A stretch of DNA of 24,000 nucleotides from Neisseriaceae bacterium HSC-16F19 (GTDB taxonomy: Bacteria > Pseudomonadota > Gammaproteobacteria > Burkholderiales > Neisseriaceae): assembly GCA_024171525.1 (NCBI GenBank), contig JALJZY010000014.1; one strand, written 5' to 3'. The notes beneath the pieces are model-generated. The model did no database searches. It was not told the DNA's origin and saw nothing but the letters and a program-made list of their open reading frames with translations. Below are positions 14,427 to 23,508 of this stretch, one piece after another. Made by a program: the position numbers and the translations under genes. Position 1 is the first letter of the stretch. Each line of letters begins with the position of its first letter.

Positions 14427-15941
14427 TCAAGCTTTGCTGTTTTGCTGGGCTTGTGCCTGACGGGCCATTTCTTTCTCGTTGGCCCATTCCGCTTCCATAA
14501 TGCGGTCTGAGTCTTCGGTGCCGTATTTGGCACGGGCGTAGGAGTAGAGGATGAAACCGAACACCATCCAGCCGCCGAAGATCCACCACTCTTCCGGTGT
14601 CAGGGCTGCCGGGCTGAAGGGCAGGTACATATAGCCGAGGAATACCGCCAAGCAGCAACCGGCGGCGCCGATAAAGATGCCGTGTTTCAGGAAGAAGGGG
14701 CGCGGCATGTCGGGGGCGCGGCGGCGCAGTACCAACAGGGACATACACACCATAAAGTAGGCAATCACAATGGAGAGGCTGCCTGCATCCACAAACCACA
14801 CCAGTGCTTTACGGCCCAAGAGCGGCGCAAACAGGGTGGCAGCGCCAATCAACAGAATGGCGTTGTGCGGGGTTTTGTATTTGGGATGGGTTTTGGCCAG
14901 GAAGGCGGGCAGCATTTTGGCGTGGGCCATGGCGTAGATGGCGCGGCTGCCGCCGATAAAGAAGGCGTTCCAGCTGGTGACGATACCGGCCACACCTGCC
15001 AAAATCATGACCTTGGCGGCGATGGAGCTGTTGAACACGGCCTCCATGGCTGAAGCGGTGGGTAGGGAAGCATCGTTGAGCTGCTGTTCGTTCAGGGCAA
15101 AGCCCACGCCCAGAGTGATGGCGCAGTAGAAGATGGTGGCGGCGGCCACAGACAAGAGCAGCATTTTGCCGATGTCTTTTTGCGGCACATTGATTTCGGC
15201 AGCGGCCTGCGGAATCACGTCAAAGCCCACAAACATGAAGGGCACAATCAGCAGCACCGCCAGCATACCGGCCATCATGGGCGAGAAGCTGCTGCCTTCC
15301 ACCGGCGTTTCGTTGAACAGGGGTTTCAGATTGGCTACGTCGCCGCTGATGGGGGCAGCCACGATAAAGGCAATGCCGACAATCAGGATGAGGTAGGTCA
15401 CCCAGGTTTGGAATTTGGCGGCGGTTTTGATGCCGATGTAGTTGAGCCAGGTCACGGCAATGGTACCGGCCATGCCCACCAGAGCCCAGGAGAAATACAC
15501 GTCACCGGCACGGATACCGGCCACGATGTCGTCGGTATTTTGTTCCTGGCCCATCAGATTCCACAGATAGCCGACCTGATAGCCGGGAATCAGGTTGTCC
15601 AGTACTGTCGGCAGGGCCACGGCCTCAAAAGCCACCACCGACACATAACCCAGAATCATCGCCCAGGTACACAAAAACGAAGCGGAATGGCCCATGGCGC
15701 GGTAGCTGAACACGTGCTCGCCGCCCTCGTAGGGCATGGCGGCACACAGTTCCGCATAACACAAGCCGATAACCATAATGATGCCGGCACCAAAGGCCAA
15801 TGCCAGCGGTGCACCGATACTGCCTGCGTCCTGTACCCAGCCGCCGGACAATACGATCCAGCCCCAACCGATCATGGCGCCAAATGCCAGGGTAAAGGCC
15901 TCCTTCTTGCCCAATACCTTGGCCAAATCGTGATTGCTCAT
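14427..15941 (-). CDS. APC-superfamily amino acid/polyamine permease (substrate unknown)
   Basis: The 504-aa product has about 12 TM segments and an N-terminal FTLAFGAMIGWGW...YAELCAAMPYEGGEHVF pattern typical of APC transporters. AAGGAG lies 6 nt upstream. Confidence 0.85.
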   Translation of the reverse strand: MSNHDLAKVLGKKEAFTLAFGAMIGWGWIVLSGGWVQDAGSIGAPLALAFGAGIIMVIGLCYAELCAAMPYEGGEHVFSYRAMGHSASFLCTWAMILGYVSVVAFEAVALPTVLDNLIPGYQVGYLWNLMGQEQNTDDIVAGIRAGDVYFSWALVGMAGTIAVTWLNYIGIKTAAKFQTWVTYLILIVGIAFIVAAPISGDVANLKPLFNETPVEGSSFSPMMAGMLAVLLIVPFMFVGFDVIPQAAAEINVPQKDIGKMLLLSVAAATIFYCAITLGVGFALNEQQLNDASLPTASAMEAVFNSSIAAKVMILAGVAGIVTSWNAFFIGGSRAIYAMAHAKMLPAFLAKTHPKYKTPHNAILLIGAATLFAPLLGRKALVWFVDAGSLSIVIAYFMVCMSLLVLRRRAPDMPRPFFLKHGIFIGAAGCCLAVFLGYMYLPFSPAALTPEEWWIFGGWMVFGFILYSYARAKYGTEDSDRIMEAEWANEKEMARQAQAQQNSKA

Positions 15942-16125
15942 GTATTGACTCCTTGTTCAAAGGTGTGAATATTGTTCTTAGAATATGCCTTGGGCGGCAG
16001 ATATACGGCTGTCCGCCCTACGGCACGGCGCGCAGTTTTACCGATGTGTTTTGTTTTGTAAATAATGCGTCTTGAAGGGTAAAAATGGAACAGGATTAAC
16101 TTTTTGAAAAACAAATAATTTCTCT

Positions 16126-16140
16126 TTCCGCAATGCGGAA
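16126..16140. promoter_or_regulatory. Perfect 15-bp palindrome TTCCGCAaTGCGGAA (TTC-N9-GAA, LysR-box-like) in the AT-rich divergent permease/asd region
   Basis: Seen directly. A second dyad, ACAATTatttttcaAATTGT, lies at about 16184-16203. No regulator gene is adjacent. Confidence 0.2.
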
Positions 16141-16234
16141 TAATTGTAAAAAAGTGCATTTTTACTAAAAATAAACAATTATTTTTCAAATTGTTGGCAT
16201 TTTATTGTGCACTGTGGTGCAAAAAAGTGTGCAC

Positions 16235-16246
16235 AGGCTGCCTGAA
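16235..16246 (+). repeat. DUS 12-mer upstream of asd
   Basis: Perfect AGGCTGCCTGAA. Confidence 0.8.
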
Positions 16247-16344
16247 AACACAAAAAACGCTTTACTTTTGTGCGCTGCAGCGTTAAAAACACTGTTTTTG
16301 CAAACCCCAATCAACAGACCGGCTGCGGCCGGCGGAGACACAGA

Positions 16345-17460
16345 ATGAAAGTAGGTTTTATCGGCTGGCGCGGCATGGTCGGCTCCGTGCTGATGCAGCG
16401 CATGCAGGAAGAAAACGATTTCGCCTGTATTCCCGAAGCGTTTTTCTTCACCACCTCCAATCCGGGCGGCGCCGCCCCCGACTTCGGCCAGACCGCCAAA
16501 ACCCTGCTCGATGCCAATAATGTGGCCGAACTGGCCAAAATGGACATCATCGTCACCTGCCAGGGCGGCGATTACACCAAATCCGTCTACCAGCCCCTGC
16601 GCGACAGCGGCTGGGCGGGCTATTGGATTGATGCCGCTTCTGCGCTGCGCATGAACGACGACGCCATCATCGTGCTCGACCCGGTGAACCGCGACGTGAT
16701 TGATGCCGGCCTGAAAAACGGCATCAAAAACTATGTCGGCGGCAACTGCACCGTATCGCTGATGCTGATGGCCCTGGGCGGCCTGTTCCAAAACGGCCTG
16801 GTAGAATGGGCTTCTTCCATGACCTACCAAGCCGCTTCCGGCGCCGGTGCCAAAAATATGCGCGAACTCATCAGCGGCATGGGTGCCATCCACGGCGAAG
16901 TGGCCGCCGAGCTGGCCGACCCGGCCAGCGCCATTTTGAATATCGACCGCAAAGTGTCCGACTTTTTGCGCAGTGAAGCCTATCCCAAAGCCAACTTCGG
17001 CGTACCGCTGGCCGGCAGCCTGATTCCGTGGATTGATGCCGATTTGGGTAACGGCCAGTCCAAAGAAGAATGGAAAGGCGATGTGGAAACCAACAAAATC
17101 TTGGGAGGCAGCCGTCCGACCATCGTGGAAGGTTTGTGCGTGCGCGTGGGCGCCATGCGCTGCCACAGCCAGGCCATCACCCTGAAACTGAAACAGGATT
17201 TGCCGGTGGCCGAGATTGAAAGCCTCTTGGCTTCCGCCAACGACTGGGTGAAAGTGGTGCCCAACACCAAAGAAGCCAGTATGCAGGAACTTACCCCCGC
17301 TGCCGTAACCGGCACCCTCACCACCCCGGTGGGCCGCATCCGCAAACTGGCCATGGGCGGCGAATACATCAGCGCCTTCACCGTGGGCGACCAACTGCTG
17401 TGGGGCGCTGCCGAACCCATCCGCCGCATGCTGCGCATCGTCTTGGGCAATTTGGATTGA
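16345..17460 (+). CDS. asd: Aspartate-semialdehyde dehydrogenase
   Basis: Start at [20 protein letters not shown], the canonical Asd N-terminus, with GGAGA 7 nt upstream. The active-site motif [13 protein letters not shown] is present, as are SGAGA and the C-terminal AAEPIRRML. Confidence 0.96.
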   Translation: MKVGFIGWRGMVGSVLMQRMQEENDFACIPEAFFFTTSNPGGAAPDFGQTAKTLLDANNVAELAKMDIIVTCQGGDYTKSVYQPLRDSGWAGYWIDAASALRMNDDAIIVLDPVNRDVIDAGLKNGIKNYVGGNCTVSLMLMALGGLFQNGLVEWASSMTYQAASGAGAKNMRELISGMGAIHGEVAAELADPASAILNIDRKVSDFLRSEAYPKANFGVPLAGSLIPWIDADLGNGQSKEEWKGDVETNKILGGSRPTIVEGLCVRVGAMRCHSQAITLKLKQDLPVAEIESLLASANDWVKVVPNTKEASMQELTPAAVTGTLTTPVGRIRKLAMGGEYISAFTVGDQLLWGAAEPIRRMLRIVLGNLD

Positions 17461-17482
17461 TCGGTTTATTAAAGGTATACCG

Positions 17483-17524
17483 GGGCTGCCTGAAAGCGGA
17501 ACAAGCCGTTCAGGCAGCTTTTTT
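17483..17524 (+). terminator. Degenerate DUS-pair terminator after asd
   Basis: GGGCTGCCTGAAagcggaacaagccgTTCAGGCAGCtttttt. Each 12-mer has 1 mismatch. Confidence 0.75.
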
Positions 17525-17607
17525 GTGTCCGCGCAGACTTGATTTCCGATATCTATGTATATAAGGTATATCCGCAAGTACAGAGAACAGTAAGCGGGGA
17601 GGGACGC

Positions 17608-18708
17608 ATGGATACCTACGAACGTGCCGCCTGGCTGGAACTGGCTTGGACACCTTATGTGGGTTCGGGCAGTTTTTTGCGACTGTTGCAGCATTTCGGT
17701 TCCGCTGCTGCAGCCTTGGCGGCCGATGCAGAGGCCGTCAAACCCTTATTGGCCAAACCCCTTGCCTTGAAATATTGGCACGGTGCCGAGGCGCGGCAGG
17801 CGGTGGAAGCGGCCTTGATTTGGGAGGCGGCGCATGAGGACGCGCGGCTGTTGCTGCTGGCCGATGCCGATTACCCGCCGCTCTTGGGCGAGGGCATCAG
17901 TCCGCCGCCGGTATTGTGCGTGCGCGGCGATACGGCTTATCTGCACCGTCCGGCCTTGGCCGTCGTCGGCAGCCGTCATGCCACGCCGCAGGCCCTGCGC
18001 ATTGCCCGCGATTTTGCCCATGCTCTGTCGGATGCGGGTGTGACCGTGGTGTCCGGCATGGCCGGCGGCATAGACACTGCCGCCCACGAGGGCGCTTTGC
18101 AAGGCCGTAGCGGCACGGTGGCGGTGTGGGGCACGGGCATAGACAGCGTGTATCCGAAAAGCAACCGCGATTTGGCGCACCGCATTGTGGCGCAGGGTTG
18201 TGCGGTATCGGAATTCCCGCTCGGCACCAAACCGTTGGCCGCCAATTTCCCGCGCCGCAACCGCATCATTGCCGCTCTGTGCCAGGCCACCTTGGTGGTG
18301 GAGGCGGCATTGGAATCCGGCTCGCTGATTACCGCGCGGCTGGCAGCGGAAATGGGGCGCGAAGTGCTGGCCGTGCCCGGTTCCATCGACAATCCGCACA
18401 GCAAAGGCTGTCATGCCTTAATCAAACAAGGCGCCAAACTCACCGAATCTTTGGACGACATCTGGCAGGAATGTCCGCTCTTGGCAGGCGCCGCCACACG
18501 GCTGCCTGAAAAAACAGTGCCGCAGGCGCCGGACGCGGTAGAAGAAAATACGCTGTTGCAACAAATGGGTTACGACCCGGTACACCCCGATGAGCTGGCT
18601 GCCGCTCTTGGCATGAGTGCGGCGGATGTGTATGCTGAATTAATGGAGCTGGAACTCGCCGGTACCGTGGCCGCTTTGTCCGGCGGCCGTTACCAGCGTT
18701 TGGCGTAA
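17608..18708 (+). CDS. dprA: DNA processing protein DprA (Smf), natural transformation
   Basis: Start at MDTYERAAWL, with GGGGAGGGA upstream. The DprA Rossmann core is present (VVGSRHATP, VSGMAGGIDTAAHEGAL, FPRRNRIIAAL, SGSLITAR), with a C-terminal winged-helix-like tail. A near-DUS lies at 18499-18510 (RLPEK). Confidence 0.93.
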   Translation: MDTYERAAWLELAWTPYVGSGSFLRLLQHFGSAAAALAADAEAVKPLLAKPLALKYWHGAEARQAVEAALIWEAAHEDARLLLLADADYPPLLGEGISPPPVLCVRGDTAYLHRPALAVVGSRHATPQALRIARDFAHALSDAGVTVVSGMAGGIDTAAHEGALQGRSGTVAVWGTGIDSVYPKSNRDLAHRIVAQGCAVSEFPLGTKPLAANFPRRNRIIAALCQATLVVEAALESGSLITARLAAEMGREVLAVPGSIDNPHSKGCHALIKQGAKLTESLDDIWQECPLLAGAATRLPEKTVPQAPDAVEENTLLQQMGYDPVHPDELAAALGMSAADVYAELMELELAGTVAALSGGRYQRLA

Positions 18709-18720
18709 GCTTGCTTGGCT

Positions 18721-18732
18721 TTCAGGCAGCCT
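18721..18732 (-). repeat. DUS 12-mer between dprA and smg
   Basis: Perfect TTCAGGCAGCCT. Confidence 0.8.
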
Positions 18733-18765
18733 GACAACGCCTGTTGAGATTGATTAGGAACCCTT

Positions 18766-19227
18766 ATGTTGGATGTCATTGCTTTTCTGATTGCCCATTT
18801 TCAGGATTTCGACACCTGCCCGCCGCGCGAGGATTTGGGCGAAATCTTGGAGCGTGCCGGTTTTGAGGATGAAGACATCGGCGGCACGCTGTGGTTTCTG
18901 GATGTGATTAAAGAGCCGCCGCTGCTGCCGCCCGAACGTCTGCAAACCAGCCGCAGTCTGCGTGTGTATGCCGCCGACGAACAGGACTGGATTCCGCCGG
19001 AAATACAGGGTCTGCTGCATTTTCTGGAACAAAACGGCGCCATTCATGCCGAACAGCGCGAGCTGATTTTGCATGTGCTGTTTTGCCAGAACAATGATGA
19101 GGATTTGAGCCTGCAACACGCCAAGCTGGTGACCCTCTTGGTGTTGTGGGTGCAGAAATCCGAATTGCCGGTGCTTTTGGGCATGGAGCTGATGTCTGCC
19201 TTGCACGGGCAGGAAACCCTGCACTGA
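18766..19227 (+). CDS. smg: Smg protein (DUF494)
   Basis: The 153-aa product is collinear with E. coli Smg (MFDVLMYLFE... versus MLDVIAFLIAHF...; AGFE.EDI, L.FLEQ, and a C-terminal ..LH). The dprA-smg-topA order is conserved. Confidence 0.9.
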   Translation: MLDVIAFLIAHFQDFDTCPPREDLGEILERAGFEDEDIGGTLWFLDVIKEPPLLPPERLQTSRSLRVYAADEQDWIPPEIQGLLHFLEQNGAIHAEQRELILHVLFCQNNDEDLSLQHAKLVTLLVLWVQKSELPVLLGMELMSALHGQETLH

Positions 19228-19237
19228 TTCAGAAGTA

Positions 19238-19306
19238 GTAGGTTGGGTCGTGAGACCCAACACGATCTCATGTTTCAGAAATGTTGGGTCTGGCGACCCA
19301 ACCTAC
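19238..19306. repeat. REPIN-like doublet, family C (two inverted REP hairpins)
   Basis: GTAGGTTGGGTCgtgaGACCCAAC (19238-19261), a 21-nt spacer, then GTTGGGTCtggcGACCCAACCTAC (19283-19306). Confidence 0.75.
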
Positions 19307-19359
19307 ACAACTGAATTGGTATAACCTAATATATATAGACAAACACCGCGGCTGCCGTT

Positions 19360-19371
19360 TTCAGGCAGCCT
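19360..19371 (-). repeat. DUS 12-mer within a short hairpin between the two REPINs
   Basis: GGCTGCCgttttcaGGCAGCC hairpin. TTCAGGCAGCCTGAA contains the DUS and, overlapping it, AGGCAGCCTGAA. Confidence 0.75.
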
Positions 19372-19404
19372 GAAACTTTGTAAAACCCTTTTCAGGTAAC
19401 AGCT

Positions 19405-19472
19405 GTAGGTTGGGTCGTGAGACCCAACACTGTCAATACTCCGGAAATGTTGGGTCTGCCGACCCAACCTAC
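19405..19472. repeat. REPIN-like doublet, family C, second copy
   Basis: GTAGGTTGGGTCgtgaGACCCAAC (19405-19428), a 20-nt spacer, then GTTGGGTCtgccGACCCAACCTAC (19449-19472). The arms are near-identical to the first copy and the spacer differs. Confidence 0.75.
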
Positions 19473-19582
19473 GAGACTGCCTGAAACGATATAAAGCTGC
19501 ATCATTCCCTCTCCCGCAGGGCGAGGGGCTTAAGGCAGCAGAACCGTAATTGCACACTAACAAACCCTATTGAACAAACACC

Positions 19583-21877
19583 ATGGCTAAGAATTTATTG
19601 ATCGTCGAGTCGCCTTCCAAGGCCAAGACTTTAAAAAAATACCTCGGCAGCGATTTTGAAATCCTTGCTTCCTACGGTCATGTGCGCGATCTGATTCCCA
19701 AAAACGGTGCGGTCGATACCGAGCATGATTTCGCCATGAAATACCAGCTGGTAAGCCGCAACAGCAAACATGTGGATGCCATTGTGTCGGCTGCCAAACA
19801 GGCCGAAAACCTCTATCTGGCCACGGACCCGGACCGCGAAGGCGAGGCCATTTCCTGGCATTTGCAGGAAATCCTCAAATCCAAGCGCGGCCTGAAAAAC
19901 CTGCCCATGCAGCGGGTGGTCTTCCACGAAGTCACCCAAAAAGCGGTGCTGGAGGCCATTGCCCATCCGCGCGAATTGTCGCAAACCCTGGTCGATGCCC
20001 AACAGGCACGCCGGGCTTTGGATTATCTGGTGGGCTTTAATCTCTCGCCCCTGCTGTGGAAAAAAATCCGCCGCGGCCTCTCTGCGGGACGGGTGCAAAG
20101 CCCGGCGCTGCGCCTGATTTGCGAGCGCGAAAACGAAATCCGCGCCTTTGTGGCGCAGGAATACTGGACCGTGCATCTGGACAGTCACAAAAGCCGCACC
20201 AAATTCACCGCCAAGCTCACCCATTGGCAGGGGCAGAAACTGGAGCAGTTCGACATTGCCGACGAGGCGCAGCAAAGCGCCATGGTGGCCGAGCTGCAAG
20301 GCCAGGATGCCAGCGTGGCCAAGGTGGAAAAGAAAAAGCGCAGCCGCAACCCCGCCGCGCCGTTTACCACCTCCACCCTGCAACAGGAGGCCGTGCGCAA
20401 GCTGGGCATGACCACCGACCGCACCATGCGCACCGCACAGCAGCTCTATGAAGGCATAGATGTGGGGCAGGGCGCCATCGGTCTGATTACCTATATGCGT
20501 ACCGACTCCCTGAGCCTGTCGGACGATGCCGTCACCGAAATCCGCCATTACATCGACCATAAAATCGGTGCCGACTATCTGCCGTCTGCCCCCAAGGTGT
20601 ACAAAACCAAGTCCAAAAACGCGCAAGAGGCGCACGAGGCCATCCGCCCGACTTCGGTCTACCGCACACCCGAGTCGGTAAAGCCGTTTTTGAGCGCCGA
20701 CCAGTTCAAGCTCTACCAAATGATTTGGCAGCGCACCGTGGCCTGCCAAATGGCACCGGCACGTTTTGACACCACCACCGTGGATATTGTTGCCGGTAAA
20801 GGCATTTTCCGCGTCACCGGCCAGGTGCAGACCTTTGCCGGTTTCCTGAGCGTGTACGAAGAAGGCGTGGACGATGCCGACGATGACGAAGACAATAAAA
20901 AACTGCCGGAACTGAAAGAGGGCGAAGCCCTGCCGGTGGACAAAGTCTACGGCGAGCAGCATTTCACCCAGGCGCCGCCGCGCTATTCCGAAGCCAGTCT
21001 GGTGAAGGCGCTGGAAGAATTCGGCATCGGCCGCCCGTCCACCTACGCCAGCATTATTTCCACGCTTAAAGACCGCGAATACGTGACCTTGGAGCAAAAA
21101 CGCTTTTTGCCCACCGACACCGGCGAAGTGGTGAACAAATTCCTTACCGAGCATTTCGCCCAATATGTGGATTACCACTTTACCGCGCGCTTGGAGGACC
21201 AGCTTGATGATATTGCCAACGGCAAACGCGCCTGGGTGCCGGTGATGCAGCAGTTCTGGAAAGGCTTTCACAAACAGATTCAGGACAAGGAAGGCATTTC
21301 CCGTGCAGAACTCACCAGCGAGAGCTTGGACGAAACCTGCCCCAAATGCGGTCAGCACCAGCTGCAAATCAAATTCGGCAAACGCGGCCGCTTTATCGCC
21401 TGCTCCGGTTACCCGGATTGCGATTACACCCGCAATGTCAACGAAAGCGCTGAAGATGCGGCCAAGGCGGCGGAAGAGCCGACGGTGGTGGAAGGGCGCG
21501 ACTGCCCCAAATGCGGCGGCCAGCTGGTGTATAAAAAAGGCCGTTACGGCAAGTTTATCGGCTGCGCCAACTACCCCAAGTGCAAGCACATCGAGCCTTT
21601 GGAAAAACCCAAAGACACCGGCGTGGCCTGCCCCAAATGCGGCAAAGGCCATCTGATCGAGCGCAAATCGCGCTACGGCAAGCTGTTTTACAGCTGCAAT
21701 ACCTATCCGGATTGCGATTACGCCACCTGGAACCCGCCGGTGGCCGAAACCTGCCCGCAATGCCAATGGCCGGTGCTGACCATCAAAACCACCAAACGCT
21801 GGGGCGTGGAAAAAGTCTGCCCGCAGAAAGAATGCGGCTGGAAAGAGCAGATTGAAGCGCCTGCGCCTAAGGAGTAG
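19583..21877 (+). CDS. topA: DNA topoisomerase I
   Basis: The 764-aa product has a TOPRIM N-terminus (LLIVESPSKAKTLKKYLG), DPDREGEAISWH, the active-site region GLITYMRTDS, and four C-terminal C4 zinc-ribbon repeats (CPKCG...C..YP.C). Confidence 0.97.
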   Translation: MAKNLLIVESPSKAKTLKKYLGSDFEILASYGHVRDLIPKNGAVDTEHDFAMKYQLVSRNSKHVDAIVSAAKQAENLYLATDPDREGEAISWHLQEILKSKRGLKNLPMQRVVFHEVTQKAVLEAIAHPRELSQTLVDAQQARRALDYLVGFNLSPLLWKKIRRGLSAGRVQSPALRLICERENEIRAFVAQEYWTVHLDSHKSRTKFTAKLTHWQGQKLEQFDIADEAQQSAMVAELQGQDASVAKVEKKKRSRNPAAPFTTSTLQQEAVRKLGMTTDRTMRTAQQLYEGIDVGQGAIGLITYMRTDSLSLSDDAVTEIRHYIDHKIGADYLPSAPKVYKTKSKNAQEAHEAIRPTSVYRTPESVKPFLSADQFKLYQMIWQRTVACQMAPARFDTTTVDIVAGKGIFRVTGQVQTFAGFLSVYEEGVDDADDDEDNKKLPELKEGEALPVDKVYGEQHFTQAPPRYSEASLVKALEEFGIGRPSTYASIISTLKDREYVTLEQKRFLPTDTGEVVNKFLTEHFAQYVDYHFTARLEDQLDDIANGKRAWVPVMQQFWKGFHKQIQDKEGISRAELTSESLDETCPKCGQHQLQIKFGKRGRFIACSGYPDCDYTRNVNESAEDAAKAAEEPTVVEGRDCPKCGGQLVYKKGRYGKFIGCANYPKCKHIEPLEKPKDTGVACPKCGKGHLIERKSRYGKLFYSCNTYPDCDYATWNPPVAETCPQCQWPVLTIKTTKRWGVEKVCPQKECGWKEQIEAPAPKE

Positions 21878-21882
21878 GTTTG

Positions 21883-21894
21883 AGGCTGCCTGAA
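21883..21894 (+). repeat. DUS 12-mer just after the topA stop
   Basis: Perfect AGGCTGCCTGAA. Confidence 0.8.
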
Positions 21895-21944
21895 AATGCA
21901 GCTTAATGTGTTTTATTGAGTCCACCCACGATAAGGAGTAAGTC

Positions 21945-22400
21945 ATGTCCGAGCAAGCCCAAGAACCCCAAAACCAAGCGGAAAACCAAGAAGTTGAAAC
22001 CCAGGTGTATCGTGCCCCGGAGCAGCCTGCCGCGCAGCCCGAACCGGCTCCGGCTGCCGCCGCGCAAAACACACTGCCCGACGACGACCTGAATCTGGCC
22101 ATGCTGGCGCACTTGGGCGGTATTTTGCTGGGCTTTATCCCCGCGCTGATTATCTGGCTGATGAACAAAGACAAGGCCGACAAAGCCTTTGTCAATGATC
22201 AGGCCAAAGAGGCGCTGAATTTCCAAATCACCCTGGTGATCGGCTATATTGCGAGCGGCTTTCTGTACATTATCTTCATCGGTTTTATTTTGACGCTCGT
22301 TTTGCTGTTGGCAAATTTGGTTTTGTGCATTCTGGCTGCCTTGGCCGCCAAACGCGGTGAAACCTACCGTTACCCCTTTGCACTGCGTCTGTTGAAGTAA
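21945..22400 (+). CDS. DUF4870-like small membrane protein with Gln/Pro/Ala-rich N-terminal tail
   Basis: AAGGAG lies 7 nt upstream. The core motif LAMLAHLGGILLGFIPALIIWLMNKDKADKAFVNDQAKEALNFQIT matches the DUF4870 signature as I recall it. Two further TM helices follow. Confidence 0.8.
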   Translation: MSEQAQEPQNQAENQEVETQVYRAPEQPAAQPEPAPAAAAQNTLPDDDLNLAMLAHLGGILLGFIPALIIWLMNKDKADKAFVNDQAKEALNFQITLVIGYIASGFLYIIFIGFILTLVLLLANLVLCILAALAAKRGETYRYPFALRLLK

Positions 22401-22408
22401 GCGGCAAC

Positions 22409-22467
22409 AGGCTGCCTGAAAGGTTTTTGCTACGCAGAAATTCACTGCGTGCGCTTTCAGGCAGCCT
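22409..22467 (+). terminator. Inverted DUS pair with a 35-nt loop carrying an inner hairpin
   Basis: Perfect AGGCTGCCTGAA (22409-22420) and TTCAGGCAGCCT (22456-22467). The inner hairpin is ACGCAGaaattcaCTGCGT. The T-run is weak. Confidence 0.55.
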
Positions 22468-22500
22468 TTATTGCTGGCTGATTTAAAAAAGCATCGGATT

Positions 22501-23484
22501 ATGTTTAAAAAACCGCCTGTCCACATCCTGCGCCACGGCCTGTATGCGGCGCTGCTGACCTTGTTGGCTGCCTGCGGACAACAGCAGGCAGCATCGGAAT
22601 ACCATGCACCGGCTGCGGCGCAAAGTGCCGCCTATGATGCGGTAGAGGAATCGCACGCAGCCGAGGGCAAGGAAACCGCCACCGTGCACGACAGCGCCGT
22701 GCTGAGCCAGGAAGTTGAAGGGCGGCAGCTGGTGTTGGCGGCGGATTTGGAATTTCAAACCGACAATGTGCGCCAAACCACCGCCGCCATCGAAAACATG
22801 ACCGTATCCGGCGGCGGTTTTGTGCAGCAAAGCGCCATTCACACCGCCGTTTTGGACGAGCAGGATTATCCGCAGCAGGACGGCACCGTGCTGCGCATCC
22901 GCCGCTATGTGCATCACGGCGATATGACGGTACGCGTCCCGCGCGACCATGCCGCCGCGTTTGTGCAGCAGTTGCAGGAACATATCCGCTTTCTCGACGG
23001 CCAGCATTTCAGCGCCACCGATGTCAGTCTCGACATCCGCCGCCAGCAACTGGCCGCCGAGCGCGAACGCGCCTTGAGCGCGCGTTTGGGCGAAGTGGCG
23101 GATTCGGACGAAGACAGCAATAAAAAAGGCACGGGAAGCGTGGTACAGCGCCAGTTTGATGCCCGTGCTGCGGCGGAATACGCACGCCTGCAACAGGCTT
23201 ATTGGCAAGACCAGGTGGATTTCGCCACCCTGCGTCTGCAATTCAGGCAGCCCGAAGCCTTGGTGCGCCAAAACGTGCCGGACACCCGGCAACTGGCACG
23301 CCAATACCGCCCCGGCTTCTGGGTGTCTGCCAAGCATATGCTTGGCGAGGGCTGGTACGGTTTGATACAGGCCGGTCTGCTGGCCATCGCTTTGTGGCCC
23401 TTGTGGTTGCTGTTGGCTGCTGTGGTCACTCTGTGGCGCTGGCTGCGCCGCCGCAAACGGCAGCGGCAGGCGCGTGGCGGATAG
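22501..23484 (+). CDS. DUF4349-like lipoprotein with C-terminal membrane anchor
   Basis: I chose the start at MFKKPPVHIL. The lipobox is LLAAC. The product has a long Gln/Arg/Ala-rich helical middle, a C-terminal TM (GLLAIALWPLWLLLAAVVTLW) and a basic tail. This is the overall DUF4349 architecture as I remember it. Confidence 0.7.
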   Translation: MFKKPPVHILRHGLYAALLTLLAACGQQQAASEYHAPAAAQSAAYDAVEESHAAEGKETATVHDSAVLSQEVEGRQLVLAADLEFQTDNVRQTTAAIENMTVSGGGFVQQSAIHTAVLDEQDYPQQDGTVLRIRRYVHHGDMTVRVPRDHAAAFVQQLQEHIRFLDGQHFSATDVSLDIRRQQLAAERERALSARLGEVADSDEDSNKKGTGSVVQRQFDARAAAEYARLQQAYWQDQVDFATLRLQFRQPEALVRQNVPDTRQLARQYRPGFWVSAKHMLGEGWYGLIQAGLLAIALWPLWLLLAAVVTLWRWLRRRKRQRQARGG

Positions 23485-23486
23485 GT

Positions 23487-23498
23487 TTCAGGCAGCCT
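23487..23498 (-). repeat. DUS 12-mer after the DUF4349-like gene
   Basis: Perfect TTCAGGCAGCCT, 2 nt after the stop. Confidence 0.8.
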
Positions 23499-23508
23499 AA
23501 AAGCAGCC

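Noticed and set aside
15938-16189. 83-aa minus-strand ORF in the AT-rich permease/asd intergenic region
   Set aside because: It overlaps the permease start, has Lys/Phe/Ile-rich AT-driven composition and no SD.
16186-17694. 502-aa ORF antisense to asd
   Set aside because: It is a GC-skew artefact. It spans the asd terminator and the AT-rich promoter region, which is implausible for a real gene.
19238-19472. Possible CRISPR array (repeated palindromic units with spacers)
   Set aside because: There are only two doublets, and the units are arranged as inverted rather than direct repeats. The 24-nt GTAG-headed hairpins also occur elsewhere singly, and no cas genes are present. REP/REPIN is the better explanation.
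19303-19563. 86-aa minus-strand ORF upstream of topA
   Set aside because: It is composed of REPIN and DUS sequence, with no SD.
19631-22195. 854-aa ORF antisense to topA, running on into the next gene
   Set aside because: It has low-complexity Ala/Gly/Phe/His composition and crosses an intergenic terminator and DUS. The sense strand encodes topoisomerase I with all motifs.
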